Of a DNA stretch of 64,000 bases, positions 39,941 through 52,884 are shown piece by piece. How positions within the stretch are numbered: position 1 is the first letter of the stretch; every line of letters begins with the position of its first letter. The stretch lies in contig NIVC01000350.1 of assembly GCA_002269645.1 (NCBI GenBank), positions 124,001 through 188,000 on the forward strand, given 5' to 3'. A model generated the notes under the pieces. It was given only the letters and a program-made list of their open reading frames with translations. It searched no databases and was not told the origin of the DNA. The position numbers and the translations under genes are program-made. The DNA is from Macrostomum lignano (lineage: Eukaryota).

Positions 39941-42491
39941 GCAACTCGACCCGCGCTCGAAAAGGCCTGCTTGGACCTCCCTTCTTGCACGGTCCTAACC
40001 CCGTCTTAGACGGCCCCTTCGGCATCCTGCTGCGTCTTCGACGTCTGGTCCCCCTTTCCTCCGGCAGTTCCGGCTTCAGCAGTTAAGTTGCCCCTGAGAA
40101 ATTAAAACATCATCGATATTTCCCGGCAGTGATCTAAGACCAGCAACGACAACCGGCAGGTGAAGAGTACCGGCGGCACTCGTCAGTTAAGATCAGCAGC
40201 AGCATCCCATCTGAGCGCTGCGGTCTCTGTGGATTCCTTGGCTACCGGCAGATAGGTCCTCTGATTGGTTTGGTGAGAGGCTTTCTTGACCTGCTTAACT
40301 GGGTGCGCCCTTTGTCTGACCCCTTCCTAGGTAGTCTGATAGGATTTGCACTTTTGCTTGCTTTTGTGTGCCAAACTCGAGGCAGAAGTGTCAGTCAATA
40401 TTAAAAGTAGCCATTCGCTCTAACTCAATCTAAAGCGTCTAGGATTGCGGATTAAGTGAGAAAATTAAATCTGGAAGTTAAAGGCCTAATGTTTTCTTTC
40501 TTTTTCGCAATGCCAGCTCGGATGAGTGGCTAGATCTAGGGGCAGAGGTCACAGTGGACCGGAAGCGGCGCAGTTCCCAGTCAATCAGTCGTTCTCAGAA
40601 ATCTTGATAAGCATGCGAATTAAGCGCCAGACTGGCGCTTTCGCGCTGTCTCAGGCAGCTAAGCGGCTAAAACGAGATAAATATTAGTCAGAAGGTCTCC
40701 AAAAGTAACAATACATCCACATCATCGCTATCTGTCGACGTGTTAACACATTTAGTGCCAAAAGCGTGCAGTTGCGTGTACTTATACATGTACTTCTGGG
40801 AATTTGGTAAAGAAATAGTACATTTAGTAGTGTATAGAGGCTCGCCAGCGCAAGAACCCCCTGCAGAAGTCCTCTCTGTCCCTGCATGGCCAATGCGATC
40901 TTAGTCCCAGCAGCGTCCCTTCTATTCGGCTATGACTTCGAGATTTAGACAGCTAAAAGACACAATAGATGGCAGGTAAGTGCAGTGCCCCTCTAGTCGG
41001 AAGTCCGATTTCGATAGCTCCGGTATGGTGAGCGGGGCGCACGGACTGGTGGCAGCGGGTTAGTTAATCTGCGGATTAGCTAATCTCTACCTTTCAAACT
41101 CTCCCTGCTTGTCTCGCTGTCTTCTCTTAGCGAAGCATTGGACCTTGCTGCTCGCCCACAATCTAGCTACCATGGGGCTGACCATCTGAAAGGAGTGAGA
41201 TGCCAGAGTTCTAAGTGATTCATTTCTGAATTCTGAGGCCCGAAGCTATAGGCTTAAAAAGGCCGAACCCATCATATACAAGATATCAGCTCGTAGACGC
41301 TATATATACAGACTTAGAGATCGTGAATTTTTTGGAGGCCAATTTCCGTCAAGAAATAGACTGCGGAGTTCGGAAACATCATTTTAGCTCGTATACCGGG
41401 GGTACTGCTGCTAGTGGTCCTTTTAGTGCCTGTCCGTCAGCGCCTCCTGCTCGAAACGGAATGATAAACATTAGCGTTAAAGAATAAGAATGCAAATATA
41501 ATGTGTATTAGATAAAAAGTGGATGTGAGAAAATACATAGGGTCATAGCACAAGGAGTTCAACTTAGTGATAGAATGTAAACTAAAGCATGAAGCTTGTG
41601 GCACCGCCCTGAAGCTATTTACGTTTAGTCGAAAATGAAGCATATGGCCCTGGAAGAATTAACCGACTGAATTTAAAAACTTATCAGTAGTCTATTGCCG
41701 AGAAACCATACTTCCGGCCCCGTATGTGTCAGCTGGTATAGTTCGTCTATATACATCGGCTTTCTGGTTCTGGATCCGCAGTCTGGATCTGCGGCGTCAC
41801 CACACGAGCCTTCCAATCTGTGAGAGCTGTGTCCTGCAGTTTCATGCTCTCCAGATTAAGGCAGCTATTAGCTTTATTTCAGAGCGTCTTGATTTTAAAA
41901 ACTCCCGAGAGCTGAACGCTGAATGTACTCACTCGAGCAGCAAGTTAACCTGGCGAAAGCTACAGCAGCCTGCTGCAAGTTGTCTTCAAGATCGGCGATA
42001 AGTAATTATAGCACACTATTTGCCACGCCAGCTGGTCCAAGCGACCTACATGTATACTAGCTGTTGCACCGTCGGCGACTCCAGCTGGCAGGCCACATCA
42101 CTATCTGTGCCGAGTCGTACTGCTGACGCTCGGCGTAGTATCGTCTACTGCCTGTTGGCTGACCCTGGCGCCCCAAACTATTGTAGGTCGACGGCGGTGT
42201 TACTGTACGTTCGTCCTGAATCGCGCCTCGAGACGACGTTGCCTTCATTTTAGTAAGGCCTACTGACAAAGTTATATTTTGATGCTGTGACTGGATGTGT
42301 ATAGTGGAGCCTAAGCAATTAAGGAACCTTGTCTCTCTATACATGTACATTAAAAATTTCAAGCTATGTTCGTACACACAGTGGGACGTGTGGGGAAGAA
42401 AAAGAGAGCACGGACCACGCTAGAAGATACCGTCTGATCGTCTGTAGGTCAGCAATTCATATGTTGGTGCAAGAGGCCTGCATGTGTACAT

Positions 42492-42565
42492 ATAGCTCGC
42501 ATTGGTAGACGCCGTTGACTTTCACGTCACGACCCCTGCTGGTTCGATTCCGTGCGCGGTCGCAT
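42492..42565 (+). other. tRNA-like sequence (Glu-TTC-like loop); probable SINE head or pseudo-tRNA
   Basis: tagctc..ttggtaga A box, ctttcac loop, ggttcgattcc B box. The acceptor stem does not pair. Confidence 0.45.
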
Positions 42566-43726
42566 TCATTTGGGGCTTGAGCACGAAAATTTGACCTGGG
42601 GGTTCACAGCCATGAGAGCCACTCCCCAATGCACAGAGAGTGTACATGCCTGACGATTAGAAAGTCAGGGCCGCTGTACACCTGTGAGCGTACATGTATG
42701 AGTGCGTGTCCTGTGTACAGCATTGGCATAGCGTGCTTATACAGGTGTTTGTGCTCAAGAGACAGCGAAATGGGTAGAATTGCCGGTGGGACGTACGATG
42801 TTGCCAAAGGCGATGAGAGCCAGTGTGCTCTCACAGCCCTCCTGCAAATATAATTTTTCGCATGGTTACGCAAACCCCGTGTGTATGATCACGAGCCAAT
42901 CATTCAGTACACGTACATGTACGAGTACAGTACGCTATGCATGTACACAATAGAATGTGCCTGTAGGTGCAGTGCAGTAGCTGTTCTCAATCTGTTAAAA
43001 GTGAGAAAGACTCAATTTCAAAAAACTGCTTTCAGAAGAATTTTTACGTGTATACAAATTAAAACTACACTGTAATAATCATTAATATATTTCGTGTGCT
43101 AAGTGCAATAAAGGCAAAAAGAAAAACACAGGAAATGTTCTAAACTGTTTTAACTGGACGATAAACGAAACAGTTAAAACAAAATACCGACTGCAGCAGA
43201 GGTAAAAATGGCTGGACTAGGGACTATAGAATCATATATCGCTGTGTTAAAGATAAATTTAGTCGAATGTTAAAATAAAGGATTTAAACAGTTATAATTA
43301 ACATAGGAATTAAAAGCAAATTAAAACAAAAACACACGAATGAGTTAAAATAACGAAGAAAAAGAATTCTTAAGCATCGCCGTTTGTGTATGATAAAAAG
43401 AGAATCACAAGGAGCAATTGTTGTCAACCTTACAAAAAGGAATATATTATATTCGCACGAGCCTACTAGCTGAGAATTATAACTGAGTAGCATATTGTGG
43501 ATTGCAAATACACAGTAAAATTGAAAGGGGTTTTTCTTCGTTGCAGCTTTTCTTATATAGCTTTATGCAGCAGAAAGTGCAGCCGCTGACCAGCTTTTAT
43601 TCGGCTGAGTGGATTACGCGGGTAAGCGATTAATTATTTATTGCCCCCACTTGCCTACTCCCCGTTTCCTTTTTGGGAATTGGGAGAAAACTATTGGATA
43701 CAAGGGAGTCTTGCCTTGCCAGGGCA

Positions 43727-43866
43727 CTGCTCATATAGCCAGGGCACTGCTCATATAGCCAGGGCACTGCTCATATAGCCAGGGCACTGCTCATATAGCC
43801 AGGGCACTGCTCATATAGCCAGGGCACTGCTCATATAGCCAGGGCACTGCTCATATAGCCAGGGCA
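43727..43866. repeat. Minisatellite, 20 bp (GCCAGGGCACTGCTCATATA), about 7 copies
   Basis: Directly visible. Confidence 0.95.
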
Positions 43867-44796
43867 GGCTGTTAGAATTGGAAGTGAAAGCCGAAACACT
43901 ATTACATTGATTATCGATAATAAAATTATCAAGGACACGATGAAGGGTGTAAAATTGCAATAATATGATAGCAAATATCAATATCAACTGATTGTAACGG
44001 TAATAAATTTCATAAATTCTAATGAATTGGTGACCAATTTTGAACGCGTAGCATAGTCAATCAGTAAAACAATAAATAAAACAAATAAAAATCCAATACA
44101 CTCGCTATTAAACCATTAAAACAGTTACAACGCGCATTTAAAGAATCGTAGCTCGTAAGTACGAGTATCATATAATGAAAAAATTAAAATAAACAATATT
44201 TCGCGTACAACAAGGCCAAGACCATCAGAGAAAAGAATTCAACAAAAAACATAAGGAAAACAATATGGTAGGTTGTAGAATTAACCAAAAAAAATATATT
44301 GTATATAATATTTAAAGAAAACTGTGAGTTATGTACTGAGTTATGGATGCGCAAGTTATGGTTATGGTATTGCAGCTATATGCCCTACACACAGCGAGCT
44401 GGTGATAAAAGATTAAGTAAAATTTGTTCGATTCCGTTCAGCAAGCATTCGATCCTGATTAAACAGATGGCAGTCAGGCTTCACTTCAGGACAGCAACTG
44501 AAAAACGGCAGGTTTGAGTGCAAGCTGTACTTTTATGTAGTTTTCAAGCCGAATAGCTTCGTTAATACTGATAATAAAAGCATAAAACTGTGCAAATTAA
44601 CTAAAACATTTACGATGGTGCTTTGCAGAAAAGTAAATTAGAAAAAAAAGATCTGCCACATTAAAGTATTATATTACTAAAATAATAAAACCTGGCGCCA
44701 GGAAGCACAACTAATATGTAATGCTTCTCTCATGAATTGCTGGTTTTCTAATATCCGTGAGCAATATTTGCTTTATTTGAATCGATTATTATACTA

Positions 44797-45088
44797 TACG
44801 ATGGCTTGTGTCATAAGCTCACTGACAAATGACAGGCAGCTTCCCTGCCATTGAAGAGCGTTCTCTGCATTGTCATCGGGGATTTCAAGCCGTGGATAAA
44901 AAGGAAACCCTCAGATGTCTTTGCTGACGGGATCAGCAAGCTGCCAGAAAGATGCAGTTCAAGTGTGTGCTGCTGAAGAGCAACTATGTGTACATGTAGA
45001 AGTGTGACTCCTATAGTTTAAGTGACACTGCTTGCTTTAACTGCATTCTATTTTGTGTCCGCGAACTTATGACACAATCCTCATTTTA
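44797..45088 (+). mobile_element. Internally deleted mariner remnant (MITE-sized)
   Basis: Imperfect TIRs (ttgtgtcataagctcactgaca / tgtccgcgaacttatgacacaa). Interior translates to WIKRKPSDVFADGISKLPER..KCV....NYV, a mariner transposase C-terminus. Confidence 0.7.
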
Positions 45089-45344
45089 ATAAGGAAAAGA
45101 GGAAATGGAGAATAGACATAGACTGTTTTGCTGATGAAGAAAATTTAACTAGCATTGCATGCAACTAGTTTATTAAATTTCAGGGACTAATAAATACTGC
45201 GGTTTCTGATTAAATTTCTATATACCTCCTACAACTATGTATATTACATCTAGTACAACTGTATCCCATAGCATAGCGACGCATATTAAGAGAAGAATTA
45301 CATGGTTATTATGATGTCCTAAATTTTCGTTTAATGATGTCCTC

Positions 45345-45922
45345 AAGGTTCAAGTTATTGTATCCTGAAGGTTCAAGTTATGGTGTCCTGAAGGTTCAAG
45401 TTATGGTGTCCTGAAGGTTCAAGTTATGGTGTCCTGAAGGTTCAAGTTATGGTGTCCTGAAGGTTCAAGTTATGGTGTCCTGAAGGTTCAAGTTATGGTG
45501 TCCTGAAGGTTCAAGTTATGGTGTCCTGAAGGTTCAAGTTATGGTGTCCTGAAGGTTCAAGTTAATGGTGTCCTGAAGGTTCAAGTCATGGTGTCCTGAA
45601 GGTTCAAGTTATGGTGTCCTGAAGGTTCAAGTTATGGTCTCCTGAATGTTCAAGTTATGGTGTCCTGAAGGTTCAAGTCATGGTGTCCTGAAGGTTCAAG
45701 TTATGGTGTCCTGAAGGTTCAAGTTATGGTCTCCTGAATGTTCAAGTTATGGTGTCCTGAAGGTTCAAGTTAATGGTGTCCTGAAGGTTCAAGTCATGGT
45801 GTCCTGAAGGTTCAAGTTATGGTGTCCTAAAGGTTCAAGTTATGGTCTCCTGAAGGTTCAAGTTATGGTGTCCTGAAGGTTAAAGTTATGCTGTCCTAAA
45901 GGTTCAAGTTATGGTCTCCTGC
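45345..45922. repeat. Minisatellite, 23 bp (GTCCTGAAGGTTCAAGTTATGGT)
   Basis: Directly visible. Confidence 0.96.
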
Positions 45923-46525
45923 ATGGATTTTCGCTAGCTAGTGCCCTAAAAGTTTGCTTTATGATGCCATAAAGTCCGTTTTAGGGTTCCTAAAGTTTGT
46001 TTTAGTTCCATAGTGGTCTACACTGAAGAAAACATAGTACCGGTTACCTAAAAGCCCATGTGGCCACACAATTGAGACAAAAATCAAGATCGATCAGTAT
46101 TTATCGTAGTTATTTTTGACTGAATCTGTGAGAAAAAATTCACTTGAGGTACCATGGTAGATTTAATAGGGAAACGGAATCAACACAAAAATGGGGATTC
46201 TACGTGTTAGTGCAAAACTGTGCCCATGACAGAGGAAAGTATAAATTAAATAGGTGAATATTTTACAAAACAGTACAAAATGAAAAGTGAACGCTAATTT
46301 TGTGAACTTCTCTGTGGCGTCCAGCCGCTGCTCTACGCGAACACACTTACATTTTACTGGAAATTAAAGCATTGCAACGATTGAACTCGAACCAGTCTAA
46401 GCAATAATTTTTGCACATAGCTAATATTCGTGCACTTTTTATCGTTAATGCAACATTTCCGAGTGTTAAAAGCGCGCAGTTTACACCAATTATTATTGCT
46501 GGAATGATAATCTAACTACTGATCA

Positions 46526-46959
46526 CAGATACTAAAATAACTAGATGGGCCACTCAGGCACATATTACTTAGTAAAACAGCTTTCTACTTTCAGTTCAGT
46601 AGCAAAGAAGAATACATAAGCTATTTTATAAAAATAAAGGCAGCTGAAATGACTTTGATAAGTTTAGAAGCTCAAGCTTGCAGGCGTAAACAACTTGCTA
46701 ATTGGTTCAGCAATAATGTACATTAGCCAGTCCACTAAAATGTACATGGCAGCTTTAGTCTGGAATTCCGAGAAAGGCAATAAAAATTGGGGCGGGGCGG
46801 GGGTAGTGTGGAAAGGCGCTGCTGGAGGGTTTAAGCTGGAGCCAATAAGAGCCAATAACTTTAAAATACATTAAAATGCTTCTGTCTAACTTACTACTGA
46901 ACTGAAAGTAGATAACACGCAAATGTGCTGAATGGCCCATCTAGTTATTCTAGTACCTG
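46526..46959. mobile_element. MITE-like element with long imperfect TIRs
   Basis: aataactagatgggcca (46536) pairs perfectly with tggcccatctagttatt (46933-46949). A second inner match is tctactttcagttcagtag / ctactgaactgaaagtaga. Confidence 0.7.
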
Positions 46960-47201
46960 GTACCTGTGCTACTGACAGACTGCAGCTCATTTATTGGCGG
47001 TTGAAAAAGCTTGGTGAGGGGTTCGTCGGCACACAGGCGCTGCTTATACATGTAAATCAATAGCATTTTGGTGGCTACTGGCACACACAGTTCACACACA
47101 GGAAAGCGGCTTTGTTCAAAGTATTAGTACAAACTGCATAACATTTATAGGCGGCACCTTGACTGGTTCGGCTAGAATTATATTAATCCCTGGGAGAAAT
47201 T

Positions 47202-50200
47202 TCACGTAGAAACTGAGACTGAAAGTAAGGAAGGAACGAGATTATATGGTTCGAAGTGATCAGTTGTGGTTCGAATGGAAAAATGCAATACTCAATTCAG
47301 TTGATCAATTCAGGTACAATAGAGTCTATAAAACGTCTGGGGCTGACTGTCAATAAAAATGAGAGTATTAATTAAAAAACTACGTGTATTAAAATGTCTT
47401 AACTTATAAAGATTCAAAGGCCGATTTATGTCTGATAGATAGGATAACAACCGGAACCAGATGGGGTAGCAACCGGAACCAGATGAGATAGCAACCGGCA
47501 CCAGATGGGATACCAACCGGAACCAGATGGGGTAGCAGCCGGAACCAGGTGGAATAGCAACCGGAACCACGTGGGGTAGCAACCAGAACCAGATGGGGTA
47601 GCAACCGGAACCAGATGGGGTAGCAACCGGAACCAGGTGGGATAGCAACCGGAACCAGATGGGGTAGCAACCGGAACCAGGTGGGGTAGCAACCAGAACC
47701 AGATGGGGTAGCAACCGGAACCAGATATAGCAACTGAAACCAGATGGGATAACAACCGGAACCAGATGGGATAGCAACCGGAACCAGATGGGATAGCAAC
47801 TGGAACCAGATGGGATAGCAACTGGAACCAGATGGGGTAGCAACCGGAACCAGGTGGGGTAGCAACCAGAACCAGATGGGGTAGCAACCGGAACCGGATG
47901 GGACAGCAACCGGAACCAGGTGGGATAGCAACTGGAACCAGATGGGGAATCGACTCACTGGAACCAGGTGGGATAGCAACCGGAACCAGGTGGTATAGCA
48001 ACCGGACACGATTTGAAGGCACAAACAAGCTAAGATGATGATAGTCAGCTTCAAGTTATAACTTTCATATATACTCGTAAATCAATGTCCAAAAAGCAAG
48101 CGGCAAAGTGAGCAAACCAGAAAAAAACTCACTGATTATGATGATTATGATTAGAACGACGACCACGCCCATGATGATCATCATCTGAAAGATGATTGAT
48201 GAGTAAAATTCAACACTTAGCCACAGCACCAATACATGTGTAATTAAGCAATAAAATTTTACAACATCAAGATTTTGAATGTAGAAAAAGAATTCATCAG
48301 ACAATATTTTTCTGTGCAAAAGTACAACATGAAAATTAATTTAAAAGTGCAAGGGAAACTTAACGAGACACGGTATTCTAGAGCTGCTCATTTGGGACTT
48401 GTTCATTTTTAATCTGCTCATTTGGGATTTTTGCATTCCTAATCTGCTCATTTGGGATGTTTGCATTCCTAATCTGCTCATTTGGGATTTCTGTATTACT
48501 GATCTGCTCATTTGGGATTTCTGTATTACTGATCTGCTCATTTGGGATTTCTGCATTCCTAATCTGCTCACTTGGGATTTCTGCATTCCTAATCTGCTCA
48601 TTTGGGATTTCTGCATTCCTAATCTGCTCATTTGGGATTTCTGCTTCCTAATCTGCTCATTCGGGATTTCTGCATTCCTAATCTGCTCACTTGGGATTTC
48701 TGTATTACTAATCTGCTCATTCGGGATTTCTGCATTCCTAATCTGCTCACTTGGGATTTCTGTATTACTAATCTGCTCATTTGGGATTTCTGCATTCCTA
48801 ATCTGCTCATTTGGGATTTCTGCATTCCTAATCTGCTCATTTGGGATTTCTGCACTCCTAATCTGCTCATTTGGGATTTCTGCATTCCTAATCTGCTCAT
48901 TTGGGATTTCTGCACTCCTAATCTGCTCATTTGGGATTTCTGCATTCCTAATCTGCTCATTCGGGATTTCTGCATTCTAATCTGCTCATTTGGGATTTCT
49001 GCACTCCTAATCTGCTCATTTGGGATTTCTGCACTCCTAATCTGCTCATTTGGGATTTCTGCACTCCTAATCTGCTCATTTGGGATTTCTGCATTCCTAA
49101 TCTGCTCATTCGGGATTTCTGCATTCTAATCTGCTCATTTGGGATTTCTGCATTCCTAATCTGCTCACTTGGGATTTCTGTATTACTAATCTGCTCACTT
49201 GGGATTTCTGCATTCCTAATCTGCTCATTTGGGATTTCTGCATTCCTAATCTGCTCATTCGGGATTTCTGCATTCTAATCTGCTCATTTGGGATTTCTGC
49301 ATTCCTAATCTGCTCACTTGGGATTTCTGTATTACTAATCTGCTCACTTGGGATTTCTGCATTCCTAATCTGCTCATTTGGGATTTCTGCATTCCTAATC
49401 TGCTCATTTGGGATTTCTGCACTCCTAATCTGCTCATTTGGGATTTCTGCATTCCTAATTTGCTCACTTGGGATTTCTGTATTACTAATCTGCTCATTCG
49501 GGATTTCTGCATTCCTAATCTGCTCATTCGGGATTTCTGCATTCCTAATCTGTTCATTTGGGGACTTTTACATTCCTAATCTGCTCATTTTGGGATTTCT
49601 GCATTCCTAAGCTGTCTTCTAGCTAACATCTATTCACAACATTTATCATTGAAACAACGTGAAAAAAACAAATAATTTTGAAATGTAATAAAAAAGACAT
49701 ATTTACATTCAGGACAACATGCAAGGTCAAGGGTCTATTTGTATCTAACAGTCTATATGGGATGCAACTGAATAATACCTTCATGTTCTTCCACCAGTAT
49801 TTATTCTTCAGCTTGCCGGCGCTGGCCTCAAACTGCGAGGCGCCGGCCTGCAGCGCGTCTGAGCAGATGGATATTTATGAGAGTTTAGTGCACTGGCATA
49901 CAATATTCATAAATTCACTACTGCAGTCAAGCGAGAAATGGCAATACAGATTCAAAAACTAATAATCGTGAATTGATGAATTTAAAAAAATCCTGGCACC
50001 ATTGAATTCAAAGAACAAGCAAAGCAGTTATTGTAAGTCTAATGATTTGCGGTAATCCAAGCTGCATTCAAGTTGCAAATACATTAAACCAATCAATCAA
50101 TCAGCCTAAGAGGCATAGCCTAGGCCCTAGGGGATCAATATACTGGCACCCCCGGTGCTGCCGCCCCCCCCACACCTCGAACTAAAATCCTGGCTCCGAT

Positions 50201-50852
50201 AAATGTAAGAAATCAATATTAGCAGCGAAGCCAATGTACATTCATCAATGTACACACTTGCAATGTACATTCATCAATGTACACGCATGCAATGTACATT
50301 CACCAATATACACACAAGTGCAATGCACATTAATCAATGTACACAAGTGCAATGTACATTCTGCAGTCAAAAAACAGCCTGAGAAAATGTCCTCACCAGC
50401 GCGATCATCCAGATTGGAGATCTTAGCGTCGCGCTCGAGTACTTTGTCAACGTTGACTCGCATAATGTCCACAACCTGGAAATGAGGGAAAATTGTGCAA
50501 TAATGTAATAATGCATGTAAAACAGCTTCAACTCATCGATGTTAAGATTTGCATATTGATTCCCATTTGCTAATAAAAGTTTATGAAAGCTCAGAACCAA
50601 GCCTGACCTCCTCCACTTGGGCCTGAGTCTGCATGAGGCGCCGGTTCTGATTGTAGGTCGGCTTCGGAGCTCCGCCCTCTTCCTCAGCATTGCCAGCTCT
50701 GTATTTGTAGATGGGGGTCAAATAGGGTCACACGTGAAATATTTATTTAGCAAATGAAATACTCGAAATGAGCTTGAAGTTGTAACTTACGGTGGTCCAC
50801 CTGGTGTACCTCCCGCAGGACCTGCTGGAGGCGCGGCTGCTGGTGCGGACAT
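47202..50852 (-). CDS. VAMP: Synaptobrevin/VAMP R-SNARE (exons 50791-50852, 50608-50698, 50397-50475, 49779-49858, 48133-48184, probable last exon 47202-47218)
   Basis: Pro-rich N-terminus, [84 protein letters not shown]. All GT-AG with matching phases. The last exon (ISVST*) is inferred. Confidence 0.93.
47450..48008. repeat. Minisatellite, 22 bp (GCAACCGGAACCAGATGGGGTA) in the last predicted VAMP intron
   Basis: Directly visible. Confidence 0.95.
48385..49610. repeat. Minisatellite, 30 bp (CTAATCTGCTCATTTGGGATTTCTGCATTC) in a VAMP intron
   Basis: Directly visible. Confidence 0.96.
50235..50362. repeat. Short degenerate AATGTACA-containing tandem repeat in a VAMP intron
   Basis: Directly visible. 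Confidence 0.75.
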
Positions 50853-52664
50853 TTTTACTTTACAATGGCTGGAAGTTTCAATGGCGATAGTTTGGAATAA
50901 TATTTATGTCATATATTCCATTAAAAACAATCTTTCCAATATAACATTGCGTTTGAATAAGTTAATGTCAACTTGCAAAAAATAAGCCTTTAAGCTGGAG
51001 TTCATTTTAATGAAATTCATTAACTATTATTAGATTTAAATTTAAATTTAACACAATAATCAAGTGTTGACACAAAATATTTTATTTTGGTTAATTATTG
51101 AAAAATCATATCATCAATTTAACTAATAATGTTGTTTCACTTTTCAATGATTTTTATAGCAGAATTTTTGTCTATCAAAAAGCAAATATGGTAGTGTTTT
51201 CATTATATATAAAACGCTACTGAAATTTCTTAAGTTAATTCTATATAATTTTTGTGATTAATCACGATAATAATATGTTACATTTGTTGTAAATATTGAT
51301 AATTTTCCTGTCTTCTAACTAAACACATTAATCCACTAATCTCATTGAAATTTAACAAATTTAAAACAATGCAGAGTAAAAAATATAAGTAAAGGAAAGG
51401 TAATACAAATATTTTGACACAAATTAATAAAGTTGAGTATCTGGTGTAATCTATGAGGCGGTGAGAGTTTTAATAAGCGAATATTTTGTATTTTTAAAAT
51501 CGTGCGTCATTTTCTGCTCTCAATCAATATAACACCACAAATCAAGATAAACCTTTTTAAAACAGATTTTTGAAGAGAAACTTATCACTGCGTCAAATAA
51601 ATATTAACGTTAAGTTTTTAAAGCTTTTATATATTCTCTTATACTATCGTTAGAACTAAGGGTCTATTTTGGATCCGGAATTTAAGAATAAGTAACTGAT
51701 GTTTCGTTTCGTGAAAGTAAGCTTGTGATATATTCGAGCTTGTGAAAGATTCTCTTTTTAACGATGTAAAATTTTGTGCTAAGTTTTGTGAAACGTCGCA
51801 GAACGCTGAATTGCCTGATGCTGTAGATATTTCTTTTTTTTCAGGGCTGCGCCTTTTGCTACTGCTTCTATTTATTTAGCATTACAGCTATTTCTAGCTA
51901 CCTAAAAGCTTATCGAGCTTATTTAACCATTTCCATTGATACTTGATGTACGAAATTATATAATATTATATAGTTAGTCAAAAATTACATGCATGTACAC
52001 ATTTATAGCTATAATATCATGAAGTACGGCTTAACAATTGTAGGTAGTATTAGTAACTATTCTTACATCGATCTTCATGTACATGTACTGTACATGTAAA
52101 TCATCCTTTGACCACCATCTAGGTTTAGGAGATAAAAAATCATTTTTATCGCCACTTTTCAGGAAAAAGGCCTAGCTAGGTACGTACAGTACCACTACGA
52201 AATAAGGTACGAAAATTTAGTACGAAAATTTTATCTGTAAGCTACTGCATACAGTACATGTATGTATATTCATGTGACGATTATCCGACAGACTCGAAAT
52301 GATTTACGAAGACAACACGGCAGAGGATAGCGAGGATAATGATACTTGACGATAGTACAACTGATGCGGGCAATGGCCGCAGTCTTGTTTACTGTAACAA
52401 TATGAGAGGATAGTTAGGCTTGCTATTATCAGTTCCGTCTGAGCGGTCAACAGAGCCAGGGCAGAGTGATTGCTGAATCCGTAAGGAATGTACTGGCGGC
52501 TACACAACAATAAGATAGATAAATTCTGGTAGGCAATAGAGTGAGTCGATGAGCCTGAGGCTCATCCCAACTCGGGTTTGGGAAAATGTTTTTTACATTG
52601 TTATTTTTATGAGCTGTATCCTAGAAATAGCGAGGAACTAAAGATGTTGAAGGATCAATAGCAA

Positions 52665-52884
52665 CCACTTTCACAAGGTCGAAATTTCACAACGTAGAAA
52701 ACTCAAATGGCAGCCACTTTCACAAGGTCGAAATTTCACAACGTCGAAAATATAATATACCAAGAACCATACAGTAGTTTTCTACGTTGTGAAATTTCGA
52801 CCTTGTGAAGTTTCGACCTTATGATCGAAGTCTCTTGCTAAAGTTTTCGACGTTGTGAAATTTCGAGTTTGTGAGACCCCCCCA
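52665..52884. mobile_element. Palindromic MITE/foldback fragment
   Basis: Two direct copies of cacaaggtcgaaatttcacaacgt(a/c)gaaaa, then two inverted copies, ending in gagacccccc. Confidence 0.65.

Noticed and set aside
47996-48054. Signal-peptide-like start [18 protein letters not shown] on the minus strand
   Set aside because: The first codon is TTG with no in-frame ATG, and it lies in the last intron or 3' region of VAMP and runs into a 22-bp array.
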